DNA of 64,000 nucleotides from Octopus vulgaris (lineage: Eukaryota): assembly GCA_951406725.2 (NCBI GenBank), contig OX597819.1, positions 43,834,001 through 43,898,000 of the forward strand, written 5' to 3'. Every line of letters begins with the position of its first letter. The first letter of the stretch is position 1. Shown here one piece after another: positions 41,981 through 56,121 of this stretch. The notes under the pieces were generated by a model. It had not been told where the DNA came from and ran no database searches. It saw only the letters and a program-made list of their open reading frames with translations. The position numbers and the translations under genes are program-made.

Positions 41981-44900
41981 TCATTTGCCCAAGCTACCCT
42001 GTATTGGGACTGGATCCGGAATTATGTGGCAGGGAAGCAAGTTTATTAACACACAGCCACTTACATCTTTTAAATAAGAACGCGGACAAAATTATTTTTC
42101 ATAAATTACTTTATCACACAAATAAAAAAAAACAAATGATTTCAAATTTTGGCACAAGGCCAGCAATTTCAGGAGAGGAGCAAGTCGATTAGATCGACCT
42201 AGGTGTTCTATTGGTACTTACTTTATCGATCCCAAAAGGATGAAGGGATAATCGACCTCGGCGTAATTAAAAACAAATAATCTTTTTTGCTATAGGCAGA
42301 AGGCCTGAAATTTTGAGGGAGGGGGCTTGTTGATTAGATTAATCCCATTACGCAACTGGTACTTATTATATCGACCCCGAAAGGGTGAAAAAAGTCGACC
42401 TCAGAATTTGAAATAAATAATGGCAAGAATAATCTACTTAGCATGTATTTAAAAGTCATTGCTCGTTCTAGGCAGAACAAGTATAAGAAGTAAGGGCCCC
42501 TAATATGGAACAGTGACATAGTTGCGAGAAGTGGTGCCATAGGTCGTTCTGTCTGCGAATCAAATCTCAGTTTTTATAACACTCATCAATGTTTCTACAA
42601 AGTTTGATGAGACTATTTGGTAGGAAGAGTCCATCACGCTTGGTTTACACATCAGCCTACCTGATTGACTGGGCCATGTTCAAGTAGACACTGATGCCTT
42701 TTACGGTGACACAATTCGTTTTTCCTATTTGATCTTGTCTTTTTATGGCAGTATGGTAGGGCATGGTCATGAGCTGGGGAACCTGAGCACGAGGGTTCAA
42801 AATTCTGGAGGAACCTTGCTACAGAATTCACTTTGTAATGAGTTTGTTATAACAAAGACGAATCAAAATTATAATTACATGTAGAGAAAAAGATTAGAAG
42901 TTTGAACCAAAAGAAGCAAATACACTATATAATGTTGCGTAAACCGTAAGAGTAAAAAGTTCACAAAGTATTTAGACTTTCTACAGCTGAGTGAATTGGA
43001 GCTACATGAAATGAAGTGTTTAGCTCAAGAATACAACACACAAACTGGTCCGGGAATCGAACTCACTACATCATGGTTGTGAGCCCATCATTGTAACCAT
43101 GGAGACATGCGCCTTCAATAGTTAGTATAAGAACAACTATTTTATGTGCTGGTGGTGTTTGCGTATGTATACGTGATTATGATATTTGTGAAATTGTGCC
43201 TTTGTTAGATGTAGTTTGAATGTAAGCTTTTTCTAACTCTGTCAATAGGGAGAGATAAATCATGGAAAGCCGAAAAAAGTGAACACGTAGCTGTGCTTGA
43301 ACCAGTAGAAATATGAGGCGGGAAAAATCTGTTCAGTGAGACGCGATAGTCTTCAGTCAAAAGCATAATTTCAGCTTGCTCTATGCCGATCGGACACAGA
43401 CTTACAGCCATTAGATCCTGTTACTTATCGTGTCGTTTAATCACAATGAAGCCGCGCTTTGTTGTCCTGTGTAAAAAGGAAAGGAAGAACTTGGGAAAGG
43501 AAGTATAGAAGACCAGATATTTCTGAAGTAGCAACTCTCCTCCTTGTACACTATAAAAGTTATCCAAAAGTAAAATTGAGTGCAATACAGTTTAGTACCA
43601 AAACCGTTGCAGAAATCTTCATAGCGAGATTCGAAAACAATATCAGATTCACGTAAATAACTTGCTTTGCAGGCTGAGAGGGGATGTAGGCCTAGGAAAG
43701 CAATCCATCCAGGAAGGAATTTGCATATAATGTAATAAATATAATTATTTGTTTTATTGAGCTATTTTGTTTGTGCAAACTAGTGCATGACCTAGTTTTA
43801 GTTTAAAAAACAATTATTATTGCTGTTGTTTAGTCCCAGGTCAACATTGATCGATTTAACTTAGGATCAAAGCATCCCGATGGCAAACACTACGTCTTTT
43901 CCCTATGCGTATCAAACTGGGGCCACATTGTCCAATGCATTCTTTTCTAACAAAGAAAGGTGTGACTTAAGGGAAAATTGACTGTTATTTCTAGTATGTT
44001 GCATGACCACTTATAAATACTCTCACTGGATCGACCTAATTTGGTTACGTGTGGAGGGTTATAAAATGTAACATGTATTTTTGTAAGTGTTTTTATGTGT
44101 ATATTTAAGTATCCATTTAACTAGTTATGCCGTGTATTTGCATGTGGGTGCGCTTGTCTACGTATATGTGAGCACGCATGTTGCTGTATGTAGTTTGATT
44201 CATTAAGCTTGTTTTACGAATCGGTGAAAGGGTGTGTACGAACACTTCCTGTGTATATTAAGCAAGAGATATTAAGTAAGTGATATTATGTAATTATCAC
44301 TGTATTTTATGCAATTATCTAAAAGTATTAGAGTAATAACAGTTGAAGCAGAGTATTGAGTAGTAGCAGCAGGCAAAAGCAACAGTAGATTCGTAAGCAG
44401 CAGCAGACAGAGTAAAGCGGCACAAGATGATGTGCAATGCGATCAAATCCAGAAATAATATGTTGTGCATGAGGAACAGCTTTTCGTTCAGTCATATATT
44501 GAAAACAGGGCTGTGTTCTAGTTTTACCTTTATCTTTATTTTTACCACCATTTCAAAACCATCACAGTCCCATCTTCTGGATGGCGAGTGTTGCTGCCTT
44601 TTTATTAAAGGTGGAGACAATGTCATTGGCATAAATATTGGTTTATGGCGAGTAATTACATCGACCCCAGTATTTGACTGGTACTTAATTTACCGACTCC
44701 GAAAGGTTGAAAGACAAAGTCGATCTCGGCGGGATTTGAACTTTGAACGTAAAGTCAGACGAAATGCCGCTAAGCATTTTGCCCAGCGTGCTAATGATTC
44801 TACCAACTCACCGCCTTAATTGGTATAGGACATTAACTCCAGAACTTGAATTTTCGCAGTTACATTTATACGTCAACAGTTAAGCGTTTGCGTTTGTTTG

Positions 44901-45355
44901 TAACTTGCGTATGTTATGAGTATTTATTTTAGCCTCATGATATGTTACACGTATTATCCTTTATACGCTTAATAATACCTTCTACTATTAGCTAAAGGCC
45001 TGAAAATTGGGGAAAGTGGGGTGGGGGTGGGACTAGTCGATTTCCTGGACCCAGTACTTGACAGGTACTTATTTTATCAACCTCGAAAGGACGAAATGCA
45101 AAGTAGACCTCAACGGAAGTTGAACTCGGTGCTTAAAAGCGGGCGAAACACTGCTAATCGCTTTACCTGGCTTGTAAACGATTCTGCCAACCCGTCGCTT
45201 TGCCTATACGATTAACAATAGAAGCAATACATATTACACTGCGCAGTTGTAAGACAAACACAGAGAACACATGCATTTGTCAAAATCAAAAGGTAATATC
45301 AGACTGATGGTGCATATATCTGTAAAAATCCAAATTCCAGCGACAATGTCTACAC

Positions 45356-45480
45356 CAGAGGTTCTCAACCATTTTTTACCTATGGACCTCTTTGATCCCT
45401 AATTTACTCGGGTGGTCCCTTATAACCATTCCACGTTTAAAAAATCTAATTATACTTCTATAATTAAATATTATTGGGAA
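45356..45480. mobile_element. hAT (Charlie-like) element end
   Basis: CAGAGGTTCTCAACC terminus; a complementary-type end GGTTGACAACAACTG occurs separately at 30446-30460. Confidence 0.5.
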
Positions 45481-45899
45481 TTGCATAAAAAATCTTTAAA
45501 TATTTTGTGTATTGGCCTACACAATAAAGAGACAGCAAGCATACACCAAAATCACACCATCATGAAGAAGAGATTACGAATATCTAGAAACATTGAAAAT
45601 AAATTAAGAACAGATCGAATGGAACCCATATGTAAAGAAAATACATGTCATTTTTTTTCGGTATTACACTAATTAGAATATCATACTTGCATTGGTTCTA
45701 TTCACATTAATGTACATAAACTAGCATGTTTTAATTGGACCAAGTCATATTGTCATTGACTCTTTTCAAATGACCATATGTAGACTGCATTCAGCATGTC
45801 AAGATCTTCTTGCAGTGTGCTGCTTGAGAGAGTCTGAGAATTATGTTAGCGAAGCGCAAGTTTCTGTTGAACCTCCCATGTAGGAGAGTTCTGAGAATA

Positions 45900-46201
45900 G
45901 AGGCCAGACTACAATGGACCACTTCTTTTCAGAGGTAATAATGGGCTTGCGTAGGGCCAACACCCCTACCTGGAACAAAATAAAAAGGAACGTTACAAAC
46001 GAGACCTAGGAGAGGATGGTCTTTACCTAGGGTAATATAGGAAGGGGGTTAGAGGATAACTTAAAAATAGCTGGAGCGGGATACCGAGGTATAAAGTGAC
46101 CCAAGTGGTGAAAAGGAGAAACGAAGTCCCAAAGTCGAAAATAGCGGGGAAACGACGTCAGTGGCCTATGATCAAGAGGGAACGAAGGGCTTAAGTAAGT
46201 A
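45900..46201 (+). mobile_element. Bipartite RTE derivative (5' UTR motif plus 3' tail)
   Basis: GGGCTTGCGTAGGGCCAACACCCCTACC (RTE 5' UTR-like) and GGCCTATGATCAAGAGGGAACGAAGGGCT-TAAG-TAAG-TA tail. Confidence 0.55.
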
Positions 46202-46449
46202 TATATACAGACTGCCAGCTTTTCATTGGATCTTGCCATTAATTCATCGAGCCTTTTTAATTTTAGATGATCAAAAACGATCTTTCTTTCACTTGATCTT
46301 TCCTAACTTGAAATAAACAAACACGAACGCCCGCACGCGCACACACACAACAGTCTTTCAAACGCGTTCCGAGCTTTCTATGACCATCTCAATTTTATAA
46401 AGACCCACTTTCTCTTCCTTCTTTTCACACACACACACACGCACGCACA

Positions 46450-46522
<73 letters not shown>

Positions 46523-46793
46523 GTTCACGTGCCTGCACAGGCAGTGGATTGGCAGAATCCACTGCCCAGAACCGTCGGACAAAATCTTTCAGAATTTGAA
46601 CTCAGAGCGTAAAGACCACTAGCCATTTTGTCAGGAGGGCCAATGTTTCTGCTAGCTCACAGCCTTAAAATAAAATATAACAATAGTTTTATTATTTCAA
46701 AATTTTTGCCACAAGGGCAGCTTGGGGGAGGTGGGGATTAATCGATTAGCGTGTTAACCAGCGTCTTAACGATTCTTCAAGCTCACTGCTTAC

Positions 46794-46853
<60 letters not shown>

Positions 46854-46894
46854 TAATAATGATAATAATAATAATAATATTAAAATTTTGATGA

Positions 46895-47430
46895 TGATGC
46901 CTTGATGCAATATAACGCTGTGGCTCCCGTGGCTTCTGATCTTAACTGATTGGAAGTGTTATCATGTACATTGTTTTGTCTTGGGCTACAGCAAATATTC
47001 TGCTCAATACCACAGATTTCCTTGTCAGTTGTTTGACCTTAACCAGTTGACCATGTCCCTTAGTGGCTGACGATATGTGCATCTCTGACCACGAGCAGAA
47101 GTAGTGGGGGAGCATCATAGCCGTGTGTTGAAAGGAATTCTTGGAGGTTTGGATCATTCACCTTTGGAAACATGGGTGGTTCATTCAGCATCCTTAAACA
47201 ATCCTTACTCAAGGAGCTCTTGAGCGGGATGGGCTACTCGACCAGAAGAAAATTCTAACCTGCAAGGTCATGTGCTGTTAATCTTGATATGAGATCACCA
47301 TGTCGCGCACATATGGTTGTGATGCAAGTGCCTGGTATACCCTTATCAGACGGGTAGTCATGATGGGTATACTGGGCTTCGTATATTTTACCCCAGTGTC
47401 ACTTTGATGGCATGCACAGCTCTCTCACTC
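46895..47430 (+). mobile_element. (TAA)n-flanked retroelement 3' region
   Basis: Homologous to 480-1008 and 60959-61463; (AAT)n on both sides. Confidence 0.88.
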
Positions 47431-47459
47431 AATAATAATAGTAATAATAATGATAATAA

Positions 47460-48523
47460 TTGTTGTTGGCATCCTTTCTGTCTCGGGAGACAATGGAGTT
47501 GCGCATGAAGTAGTCTAGTTCGGCGTTTATATTTCATGTCCTAATACATTTCCTGCTGTGGCTGTGTAGTCCTATCCTGGACAAACACTCCCTCTGGCAG
47601 GTACCGCAAATGTAGCGAAGACTGTTCCTGGCTGGTTGTAGTGCCATAGTCTCTTCTTTACGTCTCTTCCTTTCTTTCCATTTCTCCTCTCTCTCTCTGT
47701 CACTCCTTTGTATTCCCTCTTTTACGGTACGTCGCCATTCTCCACGGTTGCCGGCAACTGCCTCCCAACCGCTAATATTGATGTTGCAGGCCTTCATGTC
47801 CCTTTTGCAAACATCCTTGTAACGTAAGATCGGTCTACCCACAGACCTAGTACCCCTAGCAAGCTCTCCGTAGAGTATGTCCTTGGGGATTCTGCCATCT
47901 TTCATACGGCTAACATGCCCAAGCCATCTCATACGTCTTTGTGTGAGGAGTGCAAACATGCTTGGTATTCCTGCTTGCCTGAGGACATCTTTGTTGGAGA
48001 TATGATTCTGCCATTTGATGCGGAGGATTTTTCGGAGGCAGCGCAGGTGAAAGATGTTTAGGCGACGCTCTTGGCGTGTGTATAGCGTCCAGGTCTCACT
48101 TCCATACAGTAGAGTGCTGAGTACACATGCCTGGTAGATCTTAATTTTCGTGGTCTTGGTCAGCTTATTGTTGTCCCAAGCCCGTTTGGAGAGTTGGGCC
48201 ATCGCAGCAGCTGCCTTGCCAATGCGTATATTGAGCTCAGCGTCAAGGGATAGGTTGTAGGTGACGGTAGAGCCCAGATAGGTAAACTTCTCCACCTCTT
48301 GTAATCTGTGGTCTCCAATATGTATGTTTGGGATGTCCGATGTAGCCTGGCCCATGATGTTGGTCTTCTTAAGGCTGATAGCTAAGCCAAAGTCGATGCT
48401 TGCTCAAAACAGTTAATGAGCCTTTGGAGGGCTTCTTCTGAGAGGGTTACCAGAGCGGCATCATCAGCAAATAACATTTCCTTGATCAGGACGTTTCTGA
48501 TTTTGGTCTTGGCACGCAGGCGC
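47460..48523 (-). mobile_element. 5'-truncated RTE (BovB-like) LINE
   Basis: LIKEMLFADDAAL RT core near 48455-48490, frameshift near 48395, 3' end GACAGAAAGGATGCC-AACAACAA. Inserted in (AAT)n. Confidence 0.95.
47534..48355 (-). CDS. RTE ORF C-terminal part (RT thumb plus CCHH zinc finger); not a host gene
   Basis: FTYLGS, LLYGSETW, RWLGHV.RM...RIPK.ILYGEL and CGTCQRECLSRIGLHSHSRKC motifs. Confidence 0.9.
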   Translation of the reverse strand: MGQATSDIPNIHIGDHRLQEVEKFTYLGSTVTYNLSLDAELNIRIGKAAAAMAQLSKRAWDNNKLTKTTKIKIYQACVLSTLLYGSETWTLYTRQERRLNIFHLRCLRKILRIKWQNHISNKDVLRQAGIPSMFALLTQRRMRWLGHVSRMKDGRIPKDILYGELARGTRSVGRPILRYKDVCKRDMKACNINISGWEAVAGNRGEWRRTVKEGIQRSDREREEKWKERKRRKEETMALQPARNSLRYICGTCQRECLSRIGLHSHSRKCIRT

Positions 48524-48595
<72 letters not shown>

Positions 48596-48773
48596 CCTTT
48601 CTACTATAGTCACAAGATCAAGGGGATAGTCGCTTACATCTACACCAGTGCTCAACTGGTACTTATTTTATCAACCCCGAAATGATGAATGGCAAAGCCG
48701 ACCTCGGCAGAATTTGAACTCAAAAGGTTAAGCATTTCGTCCGGTGTGTTAATGATTCTGCCAGCTCGTTGCC

Positions 48774-48834
<61 letters not shown>

Positions 48835-48854
48835 TGATGATGATGATGATGATG

Positions 48855-48905
<51 letters not shown>

Positions 48906-49531
48906 GTATATATGTGTATATGTGCATTAAAGTTTGTGCGTTAGGGTGTGTGTGTGTATGTGTGTGTGCGTGTGTGTGTGTATGCGTGAGTGAGTGTGAC
49001 GCAGGGCGGGCGTGAAGGCACCGAATAAGAAAATGACATTAGCATCATCATCATCATCGTCATCGTCGTCACCACCATGATCATCATCATCATCATCGTC
49101 ATCATCATTATCATCATCATCATCATCATCATCGTCGTCGTCGTCGTCGTCGTCGTCATCAACATCATCATCAACAACAACAACAACAACAACAAAATCA
49201 ACAACAGCAACAACAACAATATTAATAGCAACAATATCAACAACAACAACAGGCGAACATTATTGAATTAAAAACCCCAGTAATTAAACAGACAACATCG
49301 ATTCCAAGCAAAAAAAATAGAAAAATAAAATAAAACCACACAAAAAGAAAAGTAATAAAAATACACATAAAAAAATAAAAATGAAAACCAAAATAAAACA
49401 AAGTAACTGGAAAAAAAAATACAATCGATATAATACAACTTAAACCTAAAATAAAAAAATAACAGAAATTTAATTTAATTATCTCTTTCAATATTTCGTC
49501 GAATTAATGTATTACACAACATTATACAATA

Positions 49532-49579
<48 letters not shown>

Positions 49580-49603
49580 ATATATATATTTATACATATA
49601 TAT

Positions 49604-49645
<42 letters not shown>

Positions 49646-49663
49646 GCATATATATATATTATA

Positions 49664-49706
<43 letters not shown>

Positions 49707-49846
49707 TTATATTATATATGGCTATATACATATACATATATATATATATACCTATATATATGTATATATATACGTGTGTGTAGGTGTGTATATGTATATA
49801 GATGCAAATTCACACAGATATTAAATTTATATGTGTATGTATATTT

Positions 49847-49885
<39 letters not shown>

Positions 49886-50869
49886 CATACAAATATATAC
49901 ACAATATATATAACGCACATATATATACGTATACAAGTATAATCTATATCTATATAAATATATATGTTCGTTTGTTAGTTTGTTTGTGTGTGTGTGTGTG
50001 TGTGTGTGCATCTATATGTATTGCTTTTCATTCTACACGACTGACTACCTCAATTTCCATTCTCCTATTTTCTTGCTTGCTTTTTATTCTCTCATATTTT
50101 AAATATTTTATTATATATTTTAAAAATATTTTTGTTTTAATCTATTTTATTGTTTTATTTTGCATATTTTATACTTCATAAATTAGATTTCTTCGTGGTG
50201 ATGACGTCGCTGATGATGATGGTGATGATGGTGAGGAGGAGGATGGGCACAGTGATGTGGAGGGCGATGATGATGACGACAATGACGATGATGAGGATAA
50301 TGGTGATGATGATGATGATGATGTTGATGATGATGATGATGATGATGATGATGTAGCTGATGATGGTGGTGGTGATGATGATGATGATGTTGATGATGAT
50401 GTAGATGATGATGGTGGTGGTGATGATGATGATGTTGAAGGTAGTGATAGTGCTGCTATTTCCGTGTAGAATTTATTCTCTCGACACGAAGTTTCGTGGC
50501 GTAGTGGTTACGGATGTTCGGTGTAAGCCCGTGGGACCAATTCCTGCGCTCTGCTGTATTATTTTGTCTTTTAGTCAAGTACTTCATTTACTTTTCTCCA
50601 TTTCAATCAGCTGCCAGAATACCGACCACGTGCTTGTTCAGTTCTGTCTTCCAAGCGTCATTTTCTGACCATTTCGCTCGGGGCCAAGCGTTAATTATAA
50701 CATATTCTTAATTGCGGGTGTCTAAATGTTAAAGATATTTTTATGTTGATATCTTTTATATTTCACTTTTTCGATCATTGAACTGCGATCATTCTGGAGC
50801 AGCGCCTCAAAGGGTTGTAGTCAAACAAAATGACCGCAACAATTATCATTTTTTGAATACTTATACTTA

Positions 50870-51550
50870 CTAGCGGGACCCGTGAATATTTCACAGAATT
50901 AAGGGTAAAACTACTGGGTTATTTGTGAAAACTTTACTTAAAAAATCAGGAAGCGTAGCTTGTGCTGAGTCTGTATGGAAAGATATGTGCTCATCTGCTA
51001 CTCATTGAAAAGTGAAAGAAATTGGAATACAATGATTACTTAATGTACTTTATATCAGAATGTACATATAATACATATGATACAACCTTTAGTTAAATTG
51101 CATATATCTACCACGTAAATAAGCGTAATATTTCATGGAATTCTGCTTATGCGCATGCGTTAAGTGATAGATGATATAAAAAATTTAGTTCAATTAAAAA
51201 AATACACTTTTCACTATCCAGTCACCACCGTCATCTCCACGACTACCACCACGACTTCCATCTCCATCACAGCCACCACCACCACCACCACTACCATCCC
51301 CCACCCCCACCACCACAGCCACCACCATCTCTCCCATCCTTTCCCTCCCATCCTCTCTTTCCTTTCTCTCCCCCTTCTCTCGCTCCCTCTCCCTCTTTCC
51401 CGTCAGCTAATCACGTGAAGGCGTTACAATTACATTCCGCCTACCTTACGTCATGGACGCTTCTCCCTCTTTTTCCCCCTCTCTCATTTTTCTCTTTCTT
51501 TTTTCCCCTTCAATCACGCGAAAACGTTACTGAATGGCTAAGTAACACAA
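50870..51550 (-). mobile_element. Probable Helitron derivative inserted in an old group B SINE
   Basis: A-CTAG at 50869-50873 with adjacent hairpin C(C)GTGAATATTTCACAG. SINE sequence stops at about 50868 and resumes at about 51560; the far end is not resolved. Confidence 0.55.
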
Positions 51551-51854
51551 TGACCGGCAGAATTATTATAAGGTTCAATTAGTCTCTTCTGCCGAACAAT
51601 TTCATTACAGGGACGTAAACAGATCAACATCGGTTGTCCAACGATGGTAGGGACAAATACAAGCAAACACACACGCACATGTACGTGCATACACACGCAC
51701 TCACGCACATACTACAAACCTCCATACAATTTCCACGTACCAGACTCGCTCAGAAGGCATTAGTCGGTTCGCGGCTAAAGTAGGAGATACTTACCCAAGA
51801 TGCAGTGCAGCAGGTGTGAACCCTAGACTATGAAGCTGCAAAACAAACTTGTTC

Positions 51855-52199
51855 ACCACCCAACTACACCTTTACTCTCTTTTACCACCCAACTACGCCT
51901 TTACTCTCTTTTACCACCCAACTACGCCTTTACTCTCTTTTACCACCCAACTACGCCTTTACTCTCTTTTACCACCCAACTACGCCTTTACTCTCTTTTA
52001 CCACCCAACTACGCCTTTACTCTCTTTTACCACCCAACTACGCCTTTACTCTCTTTTACCACACACCTACGCCTTTACTCTCTTTTACCACTCAACTACG
52101 CCTTTACTCTCTTTTACCACCCAACTACGCATTTACTCTCTTTTACCACCCAACTACGCCTTTACTCTCTTTTACCACCCAACTACGCCTTTACTCTCT

Positions 52200-52202
<3 letters not shown>
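51855..52202. repeat. 29-bp tandem array, about 12 copies
   Basis: Unit CCACCCAACTACGCCTTTACTCTCTTTTA; period measured from CAACTAC at 51861 and 51890. Confidence 0.97.
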
Positions 52203-52677
<475 letters not shown>

Positions 52678-52961
52678 TAGAAAGTCATTTTATTGTTTTT
52701 TTCAGTAACACGTAAGATTTCGAATTTAGCATAAGCTCAACTCCAGGGAAGATTGGTATAATAAGTTTTGACTCGAATTATAATCTCTAATTAAATTCGT
52801 TGAAGGTTATTAAAATTCGCCCGCACTATTTGAGGCCGCACTATTTGGTGTATGCTTTCGTTTATTTGGTGTTTCCAAAAATAAGATTCCGGCTTATAGA
52901 GTAGTATTCGATAACGTCGAACTAGAATAAATCTTCATTTATCTCTCATTGTGATACAGCC

Positions 52962-52998
<37 letters not shown>

Positions 52999-53039
52999 TC
53001 TCCAATTCTCTCTCTCTCTCTCCAACTCTCTCTTTCTCA

Positions 53040-53089
<50 letters not shown>

Positions 53090-53271
53090 AGATATACATA
53101 AATATATACACATATATATATACAAATATATATATACATGCACACATATATACATGTTTGCACATATGTACATACGTATGTTTGTATGTTTGTATGTTTG
53201 TATGTATGTATGTATGTATGTATGTGTGTGTGTGCGTGTGCGTGTGTTTATAGAATATGTGTTTGTGTATA

Positions 53272-53317
<46 letters not shown>

Positions 53318-53469
53318 CATATATATGTATATATACATATACGTACATAAATACATGCACACACACTCACACACGCGCATATATATTATATTAAAATATA
53401 TGACTATTTGACCATATCTGGTCACATAGTCATAATGTCAAGATGTCAACAGTCATTAATCATGTATAA

Positions 53470-54130
53470 GTAGCGCCTCGATGTTTGTAAAAAGAAATTT
53501 GTTTCTGTGTTGGCTCATAAGAATTAACTCTTCTCGTTTTTAATCTTTATAACTGGATTTTGATAAGAAATGACACGGATCTTCTTTTAAGACATAGATC
53601 GCAGTGATTTTCTTGTCTCCTAAAACATAGTACCTTGTCTAAGACTTCTTGTATCATGCTAGGAATTACTACTATTTATCCTTTGATTTCCAAATATATA
53701 CGGCGAATGCTGTGATGCATTTGGTAGAGTCTACTGAATAGGCCGATGTGCTGGTGTAGTTATGCTTGGAATGACCATTTGCTATGCCCTGTGTGACGAT
53801 TGATTCGTCAAGTTCGATGCTTGAAATCTCACCTGTTTGACATCTTATCTGTTTAAAATTTTACTTGAAGATGGTGAATTTTATGTTATGATGTAATCTA
53901 TGAAACGGCTGTCGTAAATTTAAAATGCCATTTGTTTTCTCATTTTCCCCTTCGCCGCACCTAGAACTAATCCCGGAGTCGGATCAATGGTTTAAATTCG
54001 TTTTGGTACTTACGCATCTGCAGTATCCTACCAAAACTTGATACCTTCATGAGCTCTATGTTACTGAACCTAGCCATTTCTGGTGTCCAATATTTTGATT
54101 TGCCTAGGTTTTATTGAATTCTTATCACTG
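53470..54130 (-). pseudogene. Decayed Penelope-like element ORF end (linker plus GIY-YIG C-terminus)
   Basis: Minus-strand residual peptides KILNR.DVK, AVYIWKSK, NHCDLCLKR and ELILMSQHRNKFLF follow the PLE order KIFNRNTVK / SKYIWxLK / CxLCLxEK / ELISKCRHRNKFLL. Confidence 0.65.
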
Positions 54131-54137
54131 ATTTATA

Positions 54138-54610
54138 CGAAGTTTGATAAAATAATTATCGGGTTTGTTAGTATTGGTAACAAAGTTAAGTACGCAGAGT
54201 GAAGCCGTTTTACACAAATAGACTTTGAGTTATGACACGCATGTACAGTAACTTATCGCGTTTTCGCTCGCTTACCTTGTTTATAGTAGTGCTTTGAAGT
54301 AAAGTGTATAGAATGTGGTCGTCTCACCACACCACAAAGGTTCCCTCAGTGACCATGGCAGAGAAAATTGAGCAGAGAATCTGCATCAACGAAATTTCGA
54401 GACGTCGAGGAAATCCATGAGAATGTGACGATTCAGCTGCTCACTATCCCCAAAGAGGAGTTCCAGGAATGCTTTCATCCATGGAAGAGAAGCTGGATAA
54501 AGTGTGTAGCTTCAGAAGGGGACCTGTTCGAAGAATATTAAATGCAGAATTAATATGCGTTGCAGTTTTCTTTGTATAGCACCAATCCCGATACTTTTTG
54601 ATCAGATCGC

Positions 54611-54611
<1 letters not shown>
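54138..54611 (+). mobile_element. Internally deleted mariner
   Basis: MAEKIEQRICI (54355) joined out of frame to KFRDVEEIHENVT...FQECFHPWKRSWIKCVASEGDLFEEY*. Diverged TIRs with TA flanks. Confidence 0.85.
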
Positions 54612-54662
<51 letters not shown>

Positions 54663-54872
54663 TGGCGTGGCTTAAGCGCAGGCGTGGGCGTGTCCTTGTG
54701 TGTTTAAGAAAAATGCTTCCCAACTATGTGACCCTGAGTTCTGTCTTAGTGCGCAGCAGCTAGAGTCTTCTGCCATAACGCCGGGATAAACATAGCCATG
54801 TGAGTAGATTTAGTAAACGAAAATTAAAAGAAGCCCGACGTGTGTTTGTGTAAGTCGGTATATGTATATATA

Positions 54873-55818
54873 CCGTAAATCCTCGAGTATAGTCCGCCCT
54901 TGAGTATAATACGCAGGGGATTTTTAGGGGGCTATACCTCTGAAAAACCTAAACCTTGTGTATAATACGCACCCTTTCTCTAACTTGAGTCAAGGAGGTC
55001 AATATAACGTCCTTGGTTTGTAAAAATGCATACGGTAACGTCCTTTCTTGCCTTCTTTATCTTTGGTATCTGTTTAATTTCATATTTATTTCTCCATAAC
55101 CTGACATTGCTTTCGTCAACATCAAATTTTCTTCCGGCGGCCCTATTACCATGCTCTTCAGCATATGATATAACTTCAAGTTTAAACATAGCTGAATAAG
55201 ATCTACGAAGCATTTTATGGGCATGTAATGTATAAAATGTTTTACTGGAGATTAATGTACAGGTTTAAGTCCCTAGTAAAGACCCACAGTAGTTCAAACA
55301 TTTAATACTGGTATTTAATTAATTATCTATTGTTTGCCACGGTAATGATGCAAGCTGCCAATACAAACAGCAGGATGAACTATTTAGGACTAAACCATTA
55401 AGCACAATTTGTGCATAATTAAGCCAGCAGTACCTAGACGAACAAACACTTCCGCGCATGCGTAATACAATAATGGTGATGTTCTTAACTGTTATATGGG
55501 AATGTAAATATGTTTGCAAATTGTTTTGTTACATGTTATTCTGTGTTCTGAATACTTTTATTTTAATAAATGTTGCTTACTGCAAGTTATGGATGATTCT
55601 TTTATGACTTCATTGCTTTCAGGCTTAGCTTAAGGTATTTTCGTGCCTGACATCACAAAATGCATCTGAATAAACATTGCCGGACAGCAAATAGAGACTC
55701 GGACATTGCTTAGAAAGTATTTTTCATTTTTAACCTCGTAAATAGTACGCACTAGGGAATTTGACCTTTAAATTTTGAGAAATAAATGCGGATTGTACGA
55801 TTATACTCGAGGATTTAT

Positions 55819-55820
<2 letters not shown>
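54873..55820 (-). mobile_element. pogo/Tc2-type deletion derivative
   Basis: TIRs CCGTAAATCCTCGAGTATA / TATACTCGAGGATTTATGG with TA flanks. Confidence 0.92.
54980..55213 (-). CDS. Brinker-type DNA-binding domain of a pogo transposase (truncated, 77 aa)
   Basis: RRSYSAMFKLEVISYAEEHGNRAAGRKFDVDESNVRLWR matches the BrkDBD pattern of POGK-like transposases. Confidence 0.8.
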   Translation of the reverse strand: MLRRSYSAMFKLEVISYAEEHGNRAAGRKFDVDESNVRLWRNKYEIKQIPKIKKARKDVTVCIFTNQGRYIDLLDSS

Positions 55821-55866
<46 letters not shown>

Positions 55867-56021
55867 CATATATATATATGTCTGTGTGTGTGTGTGTGTG
55901 TGCGTGTGTGTGAACACAAATACACACTCAAATACACATATTTCTATATATGTATTATAATGTGTATATATATATATATGCATCACACACACACACACAT
56001 ATATATAATGATACATATATA

Positions 56022-56121
<100 letters not shown>

